DNA from: Elusimicrobiota bacterium
Lineage (GTDB): Bacteria; Elusimicrobiota; Elusimicrobia; UBA1565
NCBI GenBank assembly: GCA_043819795.1
Contig: JBDREN010000017.1
Coordinates: 1-11,394 of the forward strand
Reading direction: 5' to 3'
Length of the DNA: 11,394 bases
Each line of letters begins with the position of its first letter. Within the stretch, counting starts at the first letter, position 1. Made by a program: the position numbers and the translations under genes. Positions 7,298 through 11,394 of this stretch are shown in pieces. The notes below the pieces were generated by a model, which saw nothing but the letters and a program-made list of their open reading frames with translations, did no database searches and was not told where the DNA came from.

Positions 7298-8068
7298 TCA
7301 CGCAAGCTCGCACTCCTCCCCGCGGAAATTGACGAAGCGGACCCGGCCGGCCGCGCGCCGGAACGACACGAGGTCGCTCGCGAAGAGGAACTCCGCCTCC
7401 CGCTTCCCGGCCAGCCGCAGCAGCCGGCGAGCCGAGGCCTCGGTGGCCGTCAAATAGATGAGCCGGTCGCTGCCGCGCAGGCGCTCCCCGTAGAAGTCCC
7501 AGATGGCGCGGTAGCGGCGCCGGGTCTTGAGGTGGAGCTCGATCTCCACCGGGAAGCGGCGGGACCGGCCGTGGACGATGAGGTCCGGCAGCCTGAACCC
7601 GACCAGGAAACGACCGCCGAAGTTGGCGCGGATCGAGTAGTAGGCCTCCCGCTCGCTGAGCACCCGGAGTCCCAGTATCCGGGAGATGGTGAGCCCGACC
7701 GCCGCGCACGCCAGCCTGTGCCCCTGCATTCCCGGGCTCACACTGCGGGAGGCTGCGGGAAGCGGCGAGCGGCCGGCCCTGGCGAGAAGTCTGTGCCCGT
7801 CCCGGGTGAGTCCGTAGAGCTGTTTAAAGTTGACCACCCGGTATTTTCGGACCAGACCGAGCCGTTCCAGCCGGCGCAGGCGGAGGTAGACCCCGCCCTC
7901 GTAGCGGAACGACTCGTTGAAAAAGTGGTCGATGTTCGGGCCGTCAGGCGGGCAGGTCGCGGGGCAGGCGCCGAGGATCTGGCCGAAGCCGAGCGCCCCC
8001 CAAGTGTCCAGGAGTTTGAGGATTGTCATGTGAGTTTCCCTCAGAGTATGGATCAATCCCGTGAGCAT
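7298..8068 (-). CDS. Replication-relaxation (Replic_Relax, MOBC-like PD-(D/E)xK) family protein, 256 aa
   Basis: wHTH N-terminus (RLRRLERLGLV...LYGLTRDG), HRLACAAV, LPDLIV, VEIELHLKTRRRY...Y; strong AAAGGAGG SD before ATG 8068. Confidence 0.8.
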   Translation of the reverse strand: MLTGLIHTLRETHMTILKLLDTWGALGFGQILGACPATCPPDGPNIDHFFNESFRYEGGVYLRLRRLERLGLVRKYRVVNFKQLYGLTRDGHRLLARAGRSPLPAASRSVSPGMQGHRLACAAVGLTISRILGLRVLSEREAYYSIRANFGGRFLVGFRLPDLIVHGRSRRFPVEIELHLKTRRRYRAIWDFYGERLRGSDRLIYLTATEASARRLLRLAGKREAEFLFASDLVSFRRAAGRVRFVNFRGEECELA

Positions 8069-8104
8069 CGCGCCTCCTTTTCCGTTGTTGGTTTCAAAAA
8101 ATCA

Positions 8105-8301
8105 CCCATCACTTCTCACCCCCGCCGCCGTCCCAACCACCCCCTCGCTTAACACTACCTGTGCAGTCGTAGCGAGGGGGTGGTTGGGACGCGACTCCAT
8201 CGCTAGATGGATCGAGGCGGGGGTGAGATGTGATGGGATAGTCAGCGAAAGCGAGTCCAAGACGGGCGGTCGGCCCGTCAACGAAGCCATCGTTGGACTC
8301 G
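8105..8301. other. Nested inverted repeats forming two branched structures (oriT/sso-like or structured RNA)
   Basis: 8105-8126/8216-8237 (22 bp, 1 mismatch); 8129-8149/8171-8191 (21 bp perfect); 8196-8201/8206-8211; 8252-8260/8293-8301; 8261-8267/8273-8279. Confidence 0.8.
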
Positions 8302-8439
8302 AAGGCCCAACGACAATCTCTACGCCACCCATCACACCACTTTCCGCAGATTTTTCGGGCCGGGATCTGGCCTGGAAGCGAGCCGGAGCGGCCCTCCCAA
8401 GGAGCCGGCTCCGGCTCAAGTCCCGGCCGATTTTCATCC

Positions 8440-9819
8440 GCGGGATCCGCGTCTCTCCCGGGAAAATCTTTCGGCCGCAGCCCGCCGGCCGGGGCTTCCG
8501 GCCGCGACGGCCGGCCGAATCACAGTCCCATTCCAGGCTCGTTCCCATGGTCTCCCCCGCAAAGTACCCCCTCATTTCCTATTCCAATGGCGGGGGGTGT
8601 TTCGTTACCAGTCCGTCGTACCGGACGCGAAAATCGGTCCGCCTCCCTGCACTTCCCGCTCACCCTGTAATGCATTTGAGCGAGCCCATTTCCTACGCGC
8701 CCGGCTCCAAGTCGCTGCCTTTTCCCCGCGGGGCTGGCGATGTCGCGAGCCCTCCGGGTCCCCCGCCCGCGCCCACCAGCCGCCCAAACAGCGCCAGCCG
8801 TCACGCCCAAAGGGGACGTTCCGCCCTGCTCCGCTCGCTCAATCGCCTCACAAACCCCCTACACTTACTAATCCGGTAAGCCGGGCAATTCGTTGACACT
8901 TTGAGCCCCAATCCCACAGAAGAATTTCCGCGCCTTTCCCCGAAACGGCCAGCGTTTTCCGCCCGCCGCGAAGAATTTTTTCGCTCCTCTGAACAGAGGC
9001 CCCAAAATGGGGCGGTTCATGGGTCGAATGGATTCCTCCGCCAGGGTTCCCTCATCTCCTAATTCCGGCGGCCCGGGCTGCTTCGTACCAGGCCGACGGC
9101 ACCGAGGCCGCGGGCCCGGCCGCAATTTCCCGCACAACCGGCGATGCCGCAGGCCGCTCTCGAGGTCCCCCAGCCCTGCCCGCAACCACCCCGACAGCCC
9201 TGTCCGCCGCGCCCGGAACGTACGTTTCGCCATGCTCCGCCCGCATGATCGCCTCCAATCCCCCTGCACTTACTAATCGGTTGAGCCGGTCAATTTAGTA
9301 CCACTTTGGGCCCCGATCCCCCAGATAATTTTCCGCGGCTTTTGCCGAAACGGCCAGCACTTTCCGCCCGCTGCGAAAAAATTCTTTGCCCCTCTGAGCA
9401 GAGGGCCAAAAACAGGGGATTCCATGGGCCGAATGGATCCCTCCGCCAAAGCCCCCCTTCATTTCCTATTCCGGCGGACCAGGGTGTTTCGTTACCAGTC
9501 CGACGGCGCCGAGGCGCCGGATTGCGGGTCCAGCCGCAGTTTCCCATCCAGCCGGCGATGGCGTGGCCGTTCTTGAGGTCCCCCGGCCGGAGCCGGCAAC
9601 GCCTTGAAAATCGACGGTCGCCACCGCCTATCCGAAATCGCTGGATTTCCACCCTTTGGGATCGTTGAATCTTCATCCCCCCTCACTTACTAATCGGTTG
9701 AGCCGGGCAATTCGTTGACACCTTGGGCCCCGATCCCGCAGAAGATTTTCCGCGACTTTTGCCGAAAGGGCCGAAGCTTTCTGGCCACCGAAAAGATTTT
9801 TTTCGCCCCTCTGACCAGA
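8440..9819. repeat. Degenerate ~410-bp tandem repeat array (two full units, a diverged left unit with approximate edge, and a truncated right unit)
   Basis: CACTTACTAATC at 8862, 9267, 9684 (periods 405, 417); TCATTTCCTATTCC at 8572, 9459; GGGTGTTTCGTTACCAGTCCG at 8595, 9482; AGCCGGGCAATTCGTTGACAC at 8879, 9701; CCGAAACGGCCAGC at 8940, 9345. Confidence 0.9.
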
Positions 9820-11242
9820 TGCCGCCCGTCAAAATGATGACAGCGGCGCGCCGGCATACGATCCACGAGTGATGCTCAAGATCGTCCTGTACGCGTATTC
9901 TCGCGGCGTCGTTTCCAGCCGCGAGATTGAGACCGCCTGCAATCAGAACGTGGTGATGATGGCCCTCTCGGCGAACACGCGCCCGCATTTCACGACGATA
10001 GCCCAATTCGTCCGTGATCTCGATGGTGCGATCAAAGACTTGTTCGTCGACGTGCTCCTGTACTGCGACGAATTGAACCTGATCGGGAAAGAGATGTTCG
10101 CCATCGACGGCTGCAGGATCTCGTCGAATGCCTCCAAGGAGTGGAGCGGGACGCGGGAGGACTTCGAGAAGAAACGGGCCAAGTTCCGGGTCACCATTGA
10201 TCGACTAGTGCGCAAGCACCGGGCCATGGACGAGGGCAACGAGACGGAGACTGTGCCCGGGATGCGCGCGCGCGAAGAGAAGGCGATCCAGGCTCTCGAA
10301 ACGAGAGCCGCCAAAATAGACGCATGGCTGCGGGAAAACCCCGAGGACAGGCAAGGCGCCAAGGGGCGCGTGGTGAAGAGTTCGATGACGGACGCCGATT
10401 CAGCCAAGATGGTGTCGAGTCACGGCGTGATCCAGGGCTACAATGGCATCGCAGTGGCCGACGCCAAACACCAGGTCATCGTTGGAGCCGAGGCGATCGG
10501 CAATGCCAACGAGGCCGAAGCTCTGGGGCCCATGATGGATCAGGTACGGGAGACCTTCCGCAAGCTGGGTGATGAGGACATATATAGGGAAGCCAAGGTG
10601 ACCGCCGATAGCGGTTTCCACTCTGAAGACAGCATGAAGACGCTCTCTGATCGCGGCATCGATGGGTATGTCCCCGACAAGGGCTTCCGGCGAAGGGACC
10701 CGGCGTTCCGGACGGCGCAAAGACACCGGTCCCTCAAGGCGCTCGTGGGCCGGAGCCAATACAAGCGCAAGTATTTCAGAGCGGCCGACTTCATCCTGAA
10801 CCCAGACAGCGGAAAGCTGATCTGCCCGGCCGGCAAGGAACTTTACGTCAAGGACCGCAATTTCAAAACCCCGAACGGCTACTACGGGACCGCCTACATG
10901 GCAAAGAAGACGGACTGCCGGGTGTGCGAACTGAGGTCCCAATGCCTAAGGAATCCGGAAACGTCGGCCCGGCAGGTGCACAAATTTGATCGGCGGGAGA
11001 TGCCTCCGCAGCAGGTGACTTTCTCCCAAAAGATGATTGAAAAAGTGGAGAGCGCGGCGGGCCGTTACCTATACGGCATGCGGATGGGGATCGTGGAGCC
11101 GGTGTTCGCAAACCTGCGCCATATGCTGGGCCTGGACCGGTTTACGTTACGGGGCAAGGCCAAGGTGAACATCCAATGGCAGCTTTTCGCAGTCGTCCAC
11201 AATATCCACAAGGCCTATCGATACGGATGGGCGGGGCCGTGA
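9818..11242 (+). pseudogene. IS1182-family DDE transposase, 5'-truncated
   Basis: In frame from 9818: DAARQNDDSGAPAYDPRVMLKIVLYAYSRGVVSSREIE; DDE motifs FAIDG, TADSGF, IVEPVF; Cys cluster CPAG...CRVCELRSQC. In-frame TGA at 9812-9814 lies in repeat sequence, so the usual N-terminus and left IS end are missing. Confidence 0.85.
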
Positions 11243-11262
11243 TGACCTTCCTCAGCCCGGGC

Positions 11263-11307
11263 GCTAACCAGATTTGACCCACCCCTGCTAACGAGAACTG
11301 ACCCACC
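11263..11307. repeat. IS21-like terminal direct repeats
   Basis: GCTAACCAGATTTGACCCACC (11263-11283) and GCTAACGAGAACTGACCCACC (11287-11307), 24-bp period, resembling the tandem transposase-binding repeats at IS21-family ends. Confidence 0.55.
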
Positions 11308-11394
11308 GAAAACGGCAGCCAACGGAGTGACCCTCGCGGTCACGGCATTCCTCGGGAATTAAGAGAACGGCAAACGGCCCAAAGGCGCCGGCCC

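Larger units (their letters stand above)
3650..9819. mobile_element. Integrative (probably mobilizable) element adjacent to the tRNA; right boundary not visible
   Basis: tRNA, arm-like repeats, tyrosine integrase, excisionase, RHH regulator, Replic_Relax protein and cargo. No second att copy was found in the window. Confidence 0.8.

Noticed and set aside
470..7709. Long alternative-frame or antisense ORFs (470..1168, 1777..2625, 2805..3617, 4371..5066, 6705..7709)
   Set aside because: Shadows of well-supported genes in high-GC DNA, with no motifs.
8061..9686. Many ORFs across the structured region and array (e.g. 8061..8879, 8868..9269, 9052..9258, 9290..9676)
   Set aside because: Pro/Arg/Gly-rich translations typical of GC-rich non-coding DNA, with frames not conserved between homologous units. 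SD-like GGAGG/GAGGG before ATGs near 9247 and 9676 means small peptides cannot be fully excluded.
8440..9819. Array as CRISPR or integron cassette array
   Set aside because: No identical 23-47-bp repeats with unique spacers, no cas genes, no attC inverted arms, and the integrase lacks the IntI-specific insertion.

Overview
High-GC bacterial window with two parts. Bases 1-3649 look like host backbone: a HAD-fold protein with degenerate catalytic motifs, a small hypothetical gene, tatD, a Lys/Arg-rich histone-H1-like gene, a membrane-anchored hypothetical gene and a tRNA(CAT). From ~3650 onward lies an integrative element abutting the 5' side of that tRNA. It carries a Schlafen/AlbA_2-HATPase-wHTH cargo gene, a tyrosine integrase whose catalytic Lys position reads Glu, and a divergent ribbon-helix-helix regulator that appears to share one palindromic -35 box with int. 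It also has an excisionase, a Replic_Relax (MOBC-like, PD-(D/E)xK) protein and a highly structured 200-bp oriT/sso-like segment. The most unusual feature is a ~1.4-kb apparently non-coding array of ~410-bp degenerate tandem repeats containing six co-oriented ECF-promoter-like bipartite motifs pointing at the relaxase/xis genes. The array ends abruptly in a 5'-truncated IS1182 transposase, followed by IS21-like end repeats. All family calls come from motif recognition by eye; no searches were run.
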